From: Pseudomonadota bacterium
GTDB lineage: Bacteria > Bdellovibrionota > FAC87 > UBA2466
Assembly: GCA_043767805.1 (NCBI GenBank)
Contig: JAYUGC010000095.1
Coordinates: 1 to 30,361 of the forward strand
Direction: 5' to 3'
DNA: 30,361 nt
Shown here: positions 9,484 through 18,312 of the stretch, one piece after another
Layout: each line of letters opens with the position of its first letter
Numbering within the stretch: position 1 is the stretch's first letter
Position numbers and translations under genes: made by a program
Notes under the pieces: model-generated
Database searches by the model: none
The model's input: the letters and a program-made list of their open reading frames with translations, nothing else
Told to the model about the DNA's origin: nothing

Positions 9484-9522
9484 ATGGCCCCAGGGAAATC
9501 TTTACTGCCCGAAGGAGACGCC

Positions 9523-11718
9523 GTGAGTAAGCAGAAGCCTGGAAAAACACCGAAGCACGATACCCCCGCCCGTAAGCCCGCCACGAACAAAAAGGTCGAG
9601 GCGCTGCAGGAAGTCACCGAGGTCAGCGACGGCACGAGTCTCACGACGAATCAAGGGCTTCCGATCAACGACGATCAAAACTCCCTCAAGGCGGGCGAGC
9701 GCGGGCCCTCCCTGCTCGAAGATTTCCACCTTCGCGAAAAGATCACTCACTTCGATCACGAGCGTATCCCAGAACGCATCGTCCACGCCCGCGGGTCCGC
9801 CGCGCACGGTGTCTTTCAGGTCTACAAATCGCTCGCGAAGTACACGACGGCCCATTTCTTACAAAATCCGGCGTTAAAGACGCCCGTGTTCGTTCGCTTC
9901 TCCACGGTCGCGGGCTCGCGGGGCTCGACCGATCTGGCGCGTGACGTCCGCGGTTTTGCAACGAAGTTTTATACGGAAGAAGGAAACTACGATCTCGTAG
10001 GCAATAACATGCCGGTTTTCTTCATTCAGGATGCCCTTAAGTTCCCCGACTTGGTGCACTCCGTCAAACCGGAGCCTCACCACGAAATGCCGCAGGCGGC
10101 TTCCGCCCATGACACCTTCTGGGACTTCGTTTCCCGTACTCCGGAAGCGACCCATATGGTCTTTTGGGCCATGTCCGACAGGGCGATTCCCCGCAGCTAT
10201 CGCATGATGGAAGGTTTTGGCGTTCACACGTTTCGTTTGATTAACGCCAAAGGCGAAGCGCGTTTTGTAAAGTTCCACTGGAAACCGGTGCTCGGCTTGG
10301 CCTCGGTCACTTGGGAAGAGGCGCAGCTCATTTCAGGTAAGGACTCGGATTTTCATCGGCGCGATCTTTGGGAAGCCATCGAGTCGGGCAACTATCCCGA
10401 ATGGGAGCTGGGCCTTCAAATCGTCGAAGAAAAGGACGAGCACAAGTTCGACTTCGATCTTTTGGATCCGACGAAGCTCATCCCCGAGGAGCTCGTCCCG
10501 GTCGAAATCGTCGGCAAAATGACTCTCAACCGCAATCCGGATAATTTCTTCGCCGAGACGGAGCAGGTTCAGTACAACCCGGGCCACATCGTTTCGGGAA
10601 TCGATTTTCCCAACGATCCGCTTCTTCAAGGACGGCTCTTTTCCTATACCGACACTCAGCTGATTCGCCTGGGCGGGCCTAACTTCCACGAAATCCCCAT
10701 CAACCGGGCCATCGCTCCGGTTCACAACAACCAGCGGGACGGCTTCATGCGACAGACCATCAATCGGGGGCAAACGTCCTACGAGCCCAATTCCTTGAAC
10801 GGGAATTTCCCGAAGCAGGTCAAAGCGAAGGACGGCGGGTTCGTCAGTTACACAGAGCGCATCGACGGCAGAAAAATACGCGCTCGCAGCAAAAGTTTCT
10901 TCGACCATTTCAGCCAGGCGGCGATGTTCTACCAAAGCCAGGCGCCTATCGAGCAGGATCACATCGCCCAAGCTTTCGAGTTCGAGCTGGGCAAGGTCGA
11001 GACGCCCGCCCTCAGAGAGCGTTACGTGGCTATCTTGAACGAGGTGGACGAAGCTCTCGCCGCCCGAGTGGCCAAGGGTCTCGGCATTGCCGTTCCAAAG
11101 CTACCCTCTCCCATCAACGAGAACATTCCCGCGGATGGCGACCCGAAGGAATTTCAGCCGCCGAAAACGAGAACCAAGTACAAGCCTTCGAAGGCGCTCT
11201 CCATCATCTTGAACCCCACACCGGGAATCAAAACCCACAAGGCCGCGATTCTCGTTTCAGACGGAGTGGACGATGCCTCTTTGAGCGCGGTCACGAAAGC
11301 TCTGCAGGGCGCGGGCGCCATTCCCTTTGTCATCGCCAACCACATGGGCTTCATCAAAACGGCCGGTGGCAAATCGGTTAAGGTCGAAGGAAGTCTCTTG
11401 AATCAAGCGTCCGTGTTATTCGACGCGTGCTTCGTGCCCGGCGGGGCGAAGAGTATCGCCTCCTTGAAGGCTAGCGGCACCGCGATTCATTTCATTCAAG
11501 AAACCTACCGCCACTACAAGACGATCGGAGCGGCGGAGGAAGGAACCATTCTAGTGATGAGTGCCGTCGCCTCTTGTCCCGAGGGCGAGGGAGCGGACCT
11601 CAAACAGGATCCGGGCGTGGTCCTAAGTGGAAAAGCGGATGGCTTCATCAAAGCCATGGGACAAAAGCGGCACTGGAATCGCCGTTCGGATAAGTCGGAA
11701 GACGGCGCCTTGATTTGA
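9523..11718 (+). CDS. katE: Large-subunit monofunctional heme catalase (HPII, clade 2) with C-terminal DJ-1-like domain
   Basis: [48 protein letters not shown] before GTG 9523. Confidence 0.97.
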   Translation: MSKQKPGKTPKHDTPARKPATNKKVEALQEVTEVSDGTSLTTNQGLPINDDQNSLKAGERGPSLLEDFHLREKITHFDHERIPERIVHARGSAAHGVFQVYKSLAKYTTAHFLQNPALKTPVFVRFSTVAGSRGSTDLARDVRGFATKFYTEEGNYDLVGNNMPVFFIQDALKFPDLVHSVKPEPHHEMPQAASAHDTFWDFVSRTPEATHMVFWAMSDRAIPRSYRMMEGFGVHTFRLINAKGEARFVKFHWKPVLGLASVTWEEAQLISGKDSDFHRRDLWEAIESGNYPEWELGLQIVEEKDEHKFDFDLLDPTKLIPEELVPVEIVGKMTLNRNPDNFFAETEQVQYNPGHIVSGIDFPNDPLLQGRLFSYTDTQLIRLGGPNFHEIPINRAIAPVHNNQRDGFMRQTINRGQTSYEPNSLNGNFPKQVKAKDGGFVSYTERIDGRKIRARSKSFFDHFSQAAMFYQSQAPIEQDHIAQAFEFELGKVETPALRERYVAILNEVDEALAARVAKGLGIAVPKLPSPINENIPADGDPKEFQPPKTRTKYKPSKALSIILNPTPGIKTHKAAILVSDGVDDASLSAVTKALQGAGAIPFVIANHMGFIKTAGGKSVKVEGSLLNQASVLFDACFVPGGAKSIASLKASGTAIHFIQETYRHYKTIGAAEEGTILVMSAVASCPEGEGADLKQDPGVVLSGKADGFIKAMGQKRHWNRRSDKSEDGALI

Positions 11719-11723
11719 CCTAA

Positions 11724-12236
11724 CTACTTTTGCAGCCGGTTCCAGAGTTTTTCGAGAGTGCTCGCGAAAGCGCGGCATTCGGTATCGCTTAAATCCGAGA
11801 AAATCTCGGCGACACGATCCTTATAGGCGCCGCAGCCCAGCTCCAATTCGGATTTCGCTTTGGAGGAAAGCTCAATGAGCGTCGCCCGGCGATCCGTGGG
11901 ATGGGCCTGTCGTTCGACCAAGCCATCCTTCTCGAGGGAGTCGACCAGCGCGGTAATATTGGTAGCGGTCACGCCCAGCTCTTCTTTCAAGGAGCACATC
12001 ATCCTGGGACCTCGGTCGTAGAGGGAGCCCAGGATTCTCAGGCGCTGAGGAGAGAGCCGCTTATCCGTCATCAACCCCTCGGACCAGCGCTGAAAGGCTG
12101 GTCCAAAGCTCCACATGAGATCTAAAAGCTTATGACGCGGAGAGGAAGAGGCCGAGCACGGATGACTCCCGCCCTGCTCCGTTTTCGTCTTAACTGGTTT
12201 ATTTTCTTTAGAATTCCGCATCTCTAGATCCATCAT
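11724..12236 (-). CDS. MarR family transcriptional regulator
   Basis: LSPQRLRIL...LGVTATNITALVDSLEKDGLVERQAHPTDRRATLIEL; divergent from an SDR. Exact start uncertain. Confidence 0.92.
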   Translation of the reverse strand: MMDLEMRNSKENKPVKTKTEQGGSHPCSASSSPRHKLLDLMWSFGPAFQRWSEGLMTDKRLSPQRLRILGSLYDRGPRMMCSLKEELGVTATNITALVDSLEKDGLVERQAHPTDRRATLIELSSKAKSELELGCGAYKDRVAEIFSDLSDTECRAFASTLEKLWNRLQK

Positions 12237-12245
12237 AGCATAAAA

Positions 12246-12299
12246 AGTGAGGTACCTGATAGTTCATATATTGACTATTATAGTGAGTAGGCTCATATT
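12246..12299. promoter_or_regulatory. Two related palindromic operators (probable MarR sites) overlapping a sigma70-like promoter
   Basis: AGTGAGGTACCTGATA (12246-12261) and AGTGAGTAGGCTCATA (12282-12297); TTGACT(12271)-17 bp-CATATT(12294). Confidence 0.65.
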
Positions 12300-12305
12300 T
12301 CATAT

Positions 12306-12425
12306 ATGAAATATACGAGATTGAACAAACGAGGGTTGGTGGCGGTCGGTCAGGTTGTCTGGCTAGCCGCTGTCTTTCTGGGGACCTTGGTCCTTAGCGT
12401 TCTCAACTCCCTCTCAATCTCGTGA
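12306..12425 (+). CDS. Putative 39-aa single-pass membrane peptide (leaderless)
   Basis: MKYTRLNKRGLVAVGQVVWLAAVFLGTLVLSVLNSLSIS*; ATG lies 6 nt after the -10 box; stop just before the SDR RBS. Confidence 0.5.
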   Translation: MKYTRLNKRGLVAVGQVVWLAAVFLGTLVLSVLNSLSIS

Positions 12426-12441
12426 ACTAAAGGAAACTACC

Positions 12442-13191
12442 ATGAGCCGGCTTACAGGAAAGATCGCAGTTATCACGGGTGGAAATAGTGGCATGGGCCT
12501 CTCGACCGCCAAACGCTTTATCGAGGAAGGCGCCCAGGTCGTCATTACCGGACGCCGGCAAAAGGAGTTGGACGAGGCCGCGCGCTTTCTCGAGCGCAAT
12601 GTCACGACCGTCCAAGGAGACGTGTCCAATCTCGCCGACCTCGACCGGCTCTATGCGGTCGTCAAAGAGAAGTTCGGGCGCATCGACGTCTTGTTCGCGA
12701 ACGCAGGACTTGGCGGCTTCGCTCCGCTGGATAAAGTCACCGAGGAACACTTCGATCGCGAGTTCAACGTGAACGTGAAGGGACTCTTCTTCACGGTGCA
12801 AAAAGCGTTGCCGCTCTTAACGGACGGCGCGTCCGTCATCTTGAACGCTTCCGTCGCAGGCTCCACCGGCATGCCGGCGTTTAGCGTCTATAGCGCAACA
12901 AAAGCGGCCGTACGGTCTTTCGCGAGATCGTTTACGACGGATCTCAAAGCCAGAAAGATTCGCGTGAATGCCATTAGTCCGGGCCCCATCGATACCCCCA
13001 TCTTCAACAAGATGGATCTAACGGCGGAGCAAGCGGCGCAATTTACGGCGCAGATTTCCTCGCAAGTTCCGTTGGGCCGCATGGGCCGCCCGGAAGAAAT
13101 CGCGGGGGCGGCGCTCTTTCTAGCTTCCGACGATAGTTCGTACGTGAATGGTATCGAGCTCACGGTAGACGGCGGAATGATCCAAGTCTAA
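12442..13191 (+). CDS. Classical SDR oxidoreductase
   Basis: TGGNSGMG, FANAG, YSATK, IRVNAISPGPIDT, VDGG. Confidence 0.95.
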   Translation: MSRLTGKIAVITGGNSGMGLSTAKRFIEEGAQVVITGRRQKELDEAARFLERNVTTVQGDVSNLADLDRLYAVVKEKFGRIDVLFANAGLGGFAPLDKVTEEHFDREFNVNVKGLFFTVQKALPLLTDGASVILNASVAGSTGMPAFSVYSATKAAVRSFARSFTTDLKARKIRVNAISPGPIDTPIFNKMDLTAEQAAQFTAQISSQVPLGRMGRPEEIAGAALFLASDDSSYVNGIELTVDGGMIQV

Positions 13192-13235
13192 AACCTTAGG
13201 AGGTTCCTAGGCTTCTAAGGAGGAAGAACGAAGGC

Positions 13236-13282
13236 GTGTCTGGAGGTCATTTGCCCGCAGGGGGTGGGTGGCCTCCAGACAC
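13236..13282 (+). other. 21-bp G.U-rich RNA hairpin in the leader of the glutaredoxin gene
   Basis: GTGTCTGGAGG-TCATTTGCCC-GCAGG-GGGTGGGTGG-CCTCCAGACAC: 11 Watson-Crick pairs plus 10 more pairs, five of them G.U. Confidence 0.7.
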
Positions 13283-13301
13283 CTCTCTCCAGGAGACACT
13301 C

Positions 13302-13556
13302 ATGAAAGAAATCATCACGATTTACACCAAACAAAATTGCGCTTACTGCGATAGCGCCAAGCGCTTCTTCACCAGTCACGAGCTGGCGTTTACCGCAAAA
13401 GACGTCACCAACAGCCCGGAAGAGCTGAGCGCCTTGGTCCAAAAAACGGGCCATCGCACGTTGCCGCAGATCTTTCTGGGAGAGCGCTTCATTGGAGGCT
13501 ACGCGGAGCTCATCGCGCTGCACGAGAATGGCGGCCTTGAAAAGCGACCGCTTTAG
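13302..13556 (+). CDS. Dithiol glutaredoxin (GrxC-like)
   Basis: AGGAG RBS, ATG 13302; CAYC active site, RTLPQIF, IGGY. Confidence 0.92.
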   Translation: MKEIITIYTKQNCAYCDSAKRFFTSHELAFTAKDVTNSPEELSALVQKTGHRTLPQIFLGERFIGGYAELIALHENGGLEKRPL

Positions 13557-13574
13557 AGGCAATAGTCCGCTTCG

Positions 13575-14234
13575 ATGGAATCAGACAGAATGTGGCTCGA
13601 AGCTAAAAACCCATCTTGCGTCGTTCTTTTCGCGGTCGGTAACGGGGGAAACCCGGAGCGGCATCTTCCGTTATTGACCTCGTTGAACGAGCAAGGAGCT
13701 ACGGTCGTGGCTCCGTACTTCGAGCGGCTTGCCTCGCCTCGGCCCACCGCCGAGGAATTGATTTTCCGCGCGCAGAGACTTCGGCTGGCGCTGGACTTCG
13801 GAATGCTTCCCAAGGTTCCCGTCGTGGGCATCGGACACTCCATCGGCGCGACGGTGCTAATCGCGCTCGCCGGAGGTCAAATCTGGCTGAGCGCGGAAGA
13901 GCAAGTTCCCATCGCGCCCGACGAGCGCCTGTCCCGGTTGCTGCTCATGTCGCCCGCCACGGGTTTCTTTCAGGCGCCCGGCGCGTTGGATTCGGTCCGC
14001 ATTCCCACTTCCGTTTGGGCGGGCACGGACGATCTCATCACGCCCCCGACGCAAGCGCACTTCTTGAAAGAGCGCTTGGGAGACCAAGTGAAGGTTCACC
14101 TCATGGACAGAGCGGGCCACTTCTCCTTCATGGACACCTTGCCGCCCCAGGTGACCGATCCGATCCCGAATCGAGAGGCGTTTCTCACCCACCTCGCGGC
14201 GGAAATCCAGCAAAGCTGTTTCGTAAAGCCATGA
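13575..14234 (+). CDS. Alpha/beta hydrolase
   Basis: GHSIG nucleophile elbow, GTDDLITP (Asp), AGHFSF (His). Confidence 0.88.
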   Translation: MESDRMWLEAKNPSCVVLFAVGNGGNPERHLPLLTSLNEQGATVVAPYFERLASPRPTAEELIFRAQRLRLALDFGMLPKVPVVGIGHSIGATVLIALAGGQIWLSAEEQVPIAPDERLSRLLLMSPATGFFQAPGALDSVRIPTSVWAGTDDLITPPTQAHFLKERLGDQVKVHLMDRAGHFSFMDTLPPQVTDPIPNREAFLTHLAAEIQQSCFVKP

Positions 14235-15736
14235 GCGGGGTACCGGAAAAAGAAGACATCGACCGCTGCATTCAGCTTTTGAAACAGCTTACCGAGGACC
14301 CTTCGTTTGCCGCTCAGTTCGACTATGCCAAGTTCATAGAGCTGGCTAAAGCCGCCGGTCGTTTCTCTCGCCCCAATAAGGACGAGATTCGCCTGCAGCA
14401 TAATGCGTTTTACGCCGCTCGCCGCAAAGCCCTCCAGCTAGAGGACAAGCAGGCCCGCGCAAAAACCGGGATCCGCGAAGCGAGAACCACACCCGTCTTT
14501 CAGGCGCCCGCTCAAATTCCCGCGGGTCCCACGGAAACGCCCGAGCTTTCCTCCCCCCGCAACTGCTACGTCTGCAAAGCGGAGTTCACCAAACTCCATT
14601 TCTTCTACGACTTGATGTGCGCCGAGTGCGCGGACTTTAATTACAAGAAGCGATTTCAGACCGCTTCCCTCCACGGTCAGGTCGCCGTCATTACGGGCTC
14701 GCGGCTGAAAATCGGTTATCAGGCGACCCTGATGATGTTACGAGCGGGCGCCCGGGTCATCGCGACGACTCGGTTTCCGGTGGACTCCGCCCTGCGATTC
14801 TCCCGCGAAGGCGACTTCGCGGAGTGGAAAGACCGCCTGGAAATTTACGGCTTGGACCTACGCCACATCCCAAGCGTCGAGATTTTCGCCCGCTATCTGG
14901 ATAAGACGCTCGGCCGCTTGGATATTCTCATCAACAATGCGGCCCAAACCGTGCGACGGCCCCCTGGCTTTTTTGCGCATCTGATGGAGAATGAAACGAA
15001 ACCGTTCGCTACCCTTCCCGCGCCGGTGCAGAAACTCTTGGCGCCCAGTGCGGAGCTTTGCGCTACGCTTCCGGAATCGACGGACTCGGCGCAACTCGTC
15101 GCCTGGAGCTCGCAAGGACCGGGCATCGGACTCCGCGCTTCGGCTTTACTCTCGCAAATTCCCTACAGCTATGACGGCGCGACGGATGCCGAGCAAATCT
15201 TTCCTCGAGGCAAGCTAGACTGCGATCTCCAGCAAGTTGACTTGCGGGAAACCAATAGCTGGCGTCTCCGGCTTGACGAAGTGGCGGCGCCCGAAATGCT
15301 GGAAGTGCAGCTCGTCAACGCGGTGGCTCCTTTCGTTCTGTGCTCCAAGCTGACGCCGCTCATGAGCCGCGATTACACCGGCTCGAAACACATCGTGAAC
15401 GTGAGCGCGATGGAAGGAAAATTCCATCGCTTCAAAAAAGCCGATCGCCACCCCCACACCAACATGGCGAAAGCGGCGCTCAACATGCTGACGCACACTT
15501 CCTCGAGCGGCCTCGAGAAGAAGGGCATCTACATGAACGCCGTGGATACCGGCTGGGTCACGGATGAAGATCCCGCCGCGCTGTCCACCTACAAGCAAGA
15601 GGTCCACGATTTTCAGCCCCCGCTCGACATCGTCGATGGCGCGGCGAGAGTGTGCGATCCGTTCTTCGACGGCCTGCTCACCGGCAAGCACTGGTGTGGC
15701 AAATTCCTTAAAGACTACAAGCCTATAGACTGGTAG
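14231..15736 (+). CDS. Atypical SDR-family oxidoreductase with N-terminal CxxC-x14-CxxC motif
   Basis: ATGA overlap with the upstream stop; CYVC...[45 protein letters not shown]. Confidence 0.88.
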   Translation: MSGVPEKEDIDRCIQLLKQLTEDPSFAAQFDYAKFIELAKAAGRFSRPNKDEIRLQHNAFYAARRKALQLEDKQARAKTGIREARTTPVFQAPAQIPAGPTETPELSSPRNCYVCKAEFTKLHFFYDLMCAECADFNYKKRFQTASLHGQVAVITGSRLKIGYQATLMMLRAGARVIATTRFPVDSALRFSREGDFAEWKDRLEIYGLDLRHIPSVEIFARYLDKTLGRLDILINNAAQTVRRPPGFFAHLMENETKPFATLPAPVQKLLAPSAELCATLPESTDSAQLVAWSSQGPGIGLRASALLSQIPYSYDGATDAEQIFPRGKLDCDLQQVDLRETNSWRLRLDEVAAPEMLEVQLVNAVAPFVLCSKLTPLMSRDYTGSKHIVNVSAMEGKFHRFKKADRHPHTNMAKAALNMLTHTSSSGLEKKGIYMNAVDTGWVTDEDPAALSTYKQEVHDFQPPLDIVDGAARVCDPFFDGLLTGKHWCGKFLKDYKPIDW

Positions 15737-15737
15737 A

Positions 15738-15798
15738 GCAACAAAATGGTTGCGTAATACAATCTGGTCGCGCTATTGTGCAACTAGGAGGTTGCACA
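15738..15798. promoter_or_regulatory. Two GCAAC-N6-GTTGC operators (probable ArsR autoregulatory sites)
   Basis: GCAAC-AAAATG-GTTGC (15738-15753) and TGTGCAAC-TAGGAG-GTTGCACA (15777-15798), directly upstream of the SRPBCC-ArsR operon. Confidence 0.8.
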
Positions 15799-16241
15799 TG
15801 GAAAACGCGATCACGAGAGAGATTCAAATCAAGGCGTCGGTCTCAAAAGTTTGGAAAGCGCTCACCGATTCCCAAATTTTCGGCAAATGGTTCAAGGCCG
15901 AGTTCAAAGGGCCCTTCGTCGCCGGCCAAACCACGCTCGGCATGAACCCTCACAAGGGCTTCGAGTTCGAGATGAAGTTCATGGTTCAAGCGATCACGCC
16001 CGAGTCCTACTTCTCCTACCGCTGGGTTCCTTATCCGATGGATAGAACTTTCGACTACAGCAAGGAAGAACCGACTCTCGTGGAGTTTCATCTCGAGAAA
16101 ACTTCCACGGGCACCTTACTCAAAGTGAAAGAGTCGGGATTCAACCAGATAACGGCCAGCCGCCGGGCCGAAGCCTTCAAAATGCACTCGGGAGGCTGGG
16201 AAGCGCAGCTCAAAAATATCGAGGCCTTCGTTGCGCGCTAA
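15798..16241 (+). CDS. SRPBCC/AHSA1-like protein
   Basis: AGGAGG RBS; ITREIQIKASVSKVWKALTD...FSYRW...TLVEF...GTLLKVKESGF...GGWEAQL. Confidence 0.92.
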   Translation: MENAITREIQIKASVSKVWKALTDSQIFGKWFKAEFKGPFVAGQTTLGMNPHKGFEFEMKFMVQAITPESYFSYRWVPYPMDRTFDYSKEEPTLVEFHLEKTSTGTLLKVKESGFNQITASRRAEAFKMHSGGWEAQLKNIEAFVAR

Positions 16242-16557
16242 TCGAATAGAGCATCAAGCGGAAGTCTTCGCAGCACTAGGCGATCCCATCCGGTTGTCGT
16301 TGGTCTCAAAGCTGTTGGAGGGAAAGCCTTACTCGATTTCCGAGCTCTCCCACGGTACGCGAGTCACGAGACAGGCGATCACAAAGCACCTTCAGGTGCT
16401 AGAAAACGTGGGCGTGGTTCACAGTAAGAAGCTGGGCCGAGAAAGTCTCTACGAGCTCGATCCCAAACCGCTTGAAGACCTGCGCGCCTATTTGGAGGTC
16501 ATCGCCGCGCAATGGGACAAGACGCTGGCCGAGCTCAAGGCTTTCGTCGAAGAGTAG
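16231..16557 (+). CDS. ArsR/SmtB family transcriptional regulator
   Basis: VFAALGDPIRLSLV...VTRQAITKHLQVLENVGVV...GRE; overlaps the SRPBCC stop. Confidence 0.92.
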   Translation: MRANRIEHQAEVFAALGDPIRLSLVSKLLEGKPYSISELSHGTRVTRQAITKHLQVLENVGVVHSKKLGRESLYELDPKPLEDLRAYLEVIAAQWDKTLAELKAFVEE

Positions 16558-16604
16558 AAGACCGCGAGCGAAGGTCTCTGTTAAGCTGGCTTGCGCAGCT
16601 GCCA

Positions 16605-17097
16605 ATGAAGCGTTCCGATCGCAAGTCCTGGCCGAAGCCGACTCCAACGGTATGGCTTTTCCTCATTACGGCAATCGCCGCCGTGGTGCGCCTGAAAAGC
16701 CCGGACCTAGCCTGGTTCAATTTCCGATGTCTTGATGGAAGTCGTTCGCGAAAAGGGAAAGACCGATACGTTTATCCGCAGCGCTGCGCTGCCTTGGTCA
16801 TGGCTGGTGCATAACCCGGCCCTCGGTAGCTGGAATGGCGGAATGCTAGCCGCCGGACGCGGCCTTCGCTCCCGGCTTCGCGCGATGGGGCTCTCGACCA
16901 ATCGTTACCTATTGGGCGGATACCATCCCAAACGCGAAACGTTCGAAAACGTATTTCTCCGTTACGGGACGCTAAAGCCCTCTGGCGAGGACGTCTTTTA
17001 CTGCCACCCCGGAATTCCCGACACTACGCTCGCGCAGCGGGACTCGCTCGTGAATGAGCGCACCCACGAGTACGCCTTCCTCAAACATCGCCATTAG
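16605..17097 (+). pseudogene. Chimeric remnant: N-terminus of a membrane protein (possibly a GT-C/ArnT-like glycosyltransferase) joined to the C-terminal half of a ChbG/HpnK-like deacetylase
   Basis: ATG 16605 MKRSD...VWLFLITAIAAVVRLKSPDLAWFNF, then a frame change to ...FYCHPGIPDTTLAQRDSLVNERTHEYAFL*. The N-terminal ADD and DxHxH motifs of ChbG are absent. Confidence 0.55.
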
Positions 17098-17123
17098 CGC
17101 CCGCGGATGCTTTAATTTTTCGT

Positions 17124-17312
17124 ATGGAAGAGGAAGACTTCGAAGGAACCCTGGTGCTGGAGAAACTTGCCGAGATCGGCGAGAGAGATTCGTTCTTTGA
17201 CGCGGTCGATGGCGATGACTTCAAGAAGGCGGCTGCTTTGATGCGACGGGCGGGCTTGGACGAGGCGACGATTCAGGTAGTGCTTCGTAAAATGGAAACC
17301 GGCGAAGACTAA
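17124..17312 (+). CDS. Small acidic hypothetical protein (62 aa)
   Basis: Helical protein-like composition; its stop abuts a terminator hairpin. Confidence 0.75.
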   Translation: MEEEDFEGTLVLEKLAEIGERDSFFDAVDGDDFKKAAALMRRAGLDEATIQVVLRKMETGED

Positions 17313-17347
17313 AAAAAGGGGTACGGCCCAATGAAAGGCCGCACCCC
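17311..17347 (-). terminator. Rho-independent terminator
   Basis: Minus strand GGGGTGCGGCC-TTTCATTG-GGCCGTACCCC-TTTTTTT, between convergent genes. Confidence 0.85.
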
Positions 17348-17357
17348 CGATTAGAAC

Positions 17358-17680
17358 TTAGAAACCGAACGAGATCAGGATGTCGTTACCGTCCAAGGCG
17401 CCTTGGTTGTACGGATTGAAGACGTCGAGATCGACGCGCTGGCCGTTGATGCTGAAACCGTACTTGGCTTGGTTGCCGTTACCCAAGTTGCCCCAGCCCG
17501 TGTTGCTGCCGCGAGCTTTCCAGGTGTTCGGCTGATTTTAGACGGCGGCCCAACCGAACTTGCGAGCGGTGAGGTCGTACCAACCAATCATCAAGCACGA
17601 GCTTCTCGGAACCGAGAACGCGTACCATTTGTCGTCCCAGCGATCGGACGTGGAACGGCTCTTGAGACCGCGGGCGGCCA
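17358..17680 (-). pseudogene. 3' remnant of an unknown Trp/Gly/Asn-rich protein with an internal stop
   Basis: Frame reads ARGLKSRSTSDRWDDKWYAF...FGWAAV*NQPNTWKARGSNTGWGNLG...DILISFGF* with strong C/G third-position bias; TAA at 17538-17540; followed by the terminator; no clear start or RBS. Confidence 0.6.
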
Positions 17681-17703
17681 ATGGAAGTATTAGCTTTTTT
17701 CCC

Positions 17704-18138
17704 TTACCGAACCCAGCGGATCCAGAGCTTCTCGGCCCTAGGTCCGAAGGTTCCGGTCAAAACCAGCTCTTTGTCCGTCAATTTCTCGATGTAACGGAGG
17801 ACCGTTTTTCCGATAAGCGGCTCATAAGTGGCGTTGGTGATGGGCTTCGAGATGACCCCTTGGCTCACCGTATACGTGCCCGCGTAGAAGAACTGACGCT
17901 GATACTCGTCGGCCGGTTCCTTAAGCCCGGGGCGGCTCGTAGGACAATTGATTGAGGTCGAAACGTGCCCCGACGGCGCATAAAGCAGAACTCCCTGCCC
18001 GCCCTGGCAGAACTCGCTAACCACCCCTTCTTTGGTGGTGACCAGCCATTCGTCCATGTGCCAGGCCCCGACAATCGTGGGCTCGGCGGCGAATAGGTTG
18101 AGAGACGTGAACGCTAGAAACAAACCAAACACTTTCAT
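17704..18138 (-). CDS. Secreted lipocalin-like domain protein
   Basis: GGAGG RBS, signal peptide, IVGAW lipocalin motif, G.LLY...GHVS, FYAGTYTV. Confidence 0.85.
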   Translation of the reverse strand: MKVFGLFLAFTSLNLFAAEPTIVGAWHMDEWLVTTKEGVVSEFCQGGQGVLLYAPSGHVSTSINCPTSRPGLKEPADEYQRQFFYAGTYTVSQGVISKPITNATYEPLIGKTVLRYIEKLTDKELVLTGTFGPRAEKLWIRWVR

Positions 18139-18269
18139 TATTTCCTCCAATGCGGCTGGAGGTACCTGGATCCCACGGCGGAAAACATCGGTATTAATCG
18201 AAGGGGTTCGTTCGGTAATAGCGAAGGATGCTGACCGAGCCTTCCTTGGGGAAGGTTGAAACGCTTGAA

Positions 18270-18304
18270 CGGTGCGGTCAGCCCTTTAAAGACTGACCGC
18301 ACCG
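18270..18304. terminator. Strong hairpin after the BlaR-like gene (terminator-like, weak U tract)
   Basis: CGGTGCGGTCAG-N11-CTGACCGCACCG, a perfect 12-bp stem 8 nt past the stop. Confidence 0.65.
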
Positions 18305-18312
18305 CTCGAAGA

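Noticed and set aside
9430..9522. TTG start for katE
   Set aside because: A strong AAGGAG precedes GTG 9523, and the extension spans the putative promoter.
14015..14230. N-terminal extension of the 573-aa SDR ORF
   Set aside because: Overlaps the hydrolase in another frame; the ATGA-coupled start at 14231 is more plausible.
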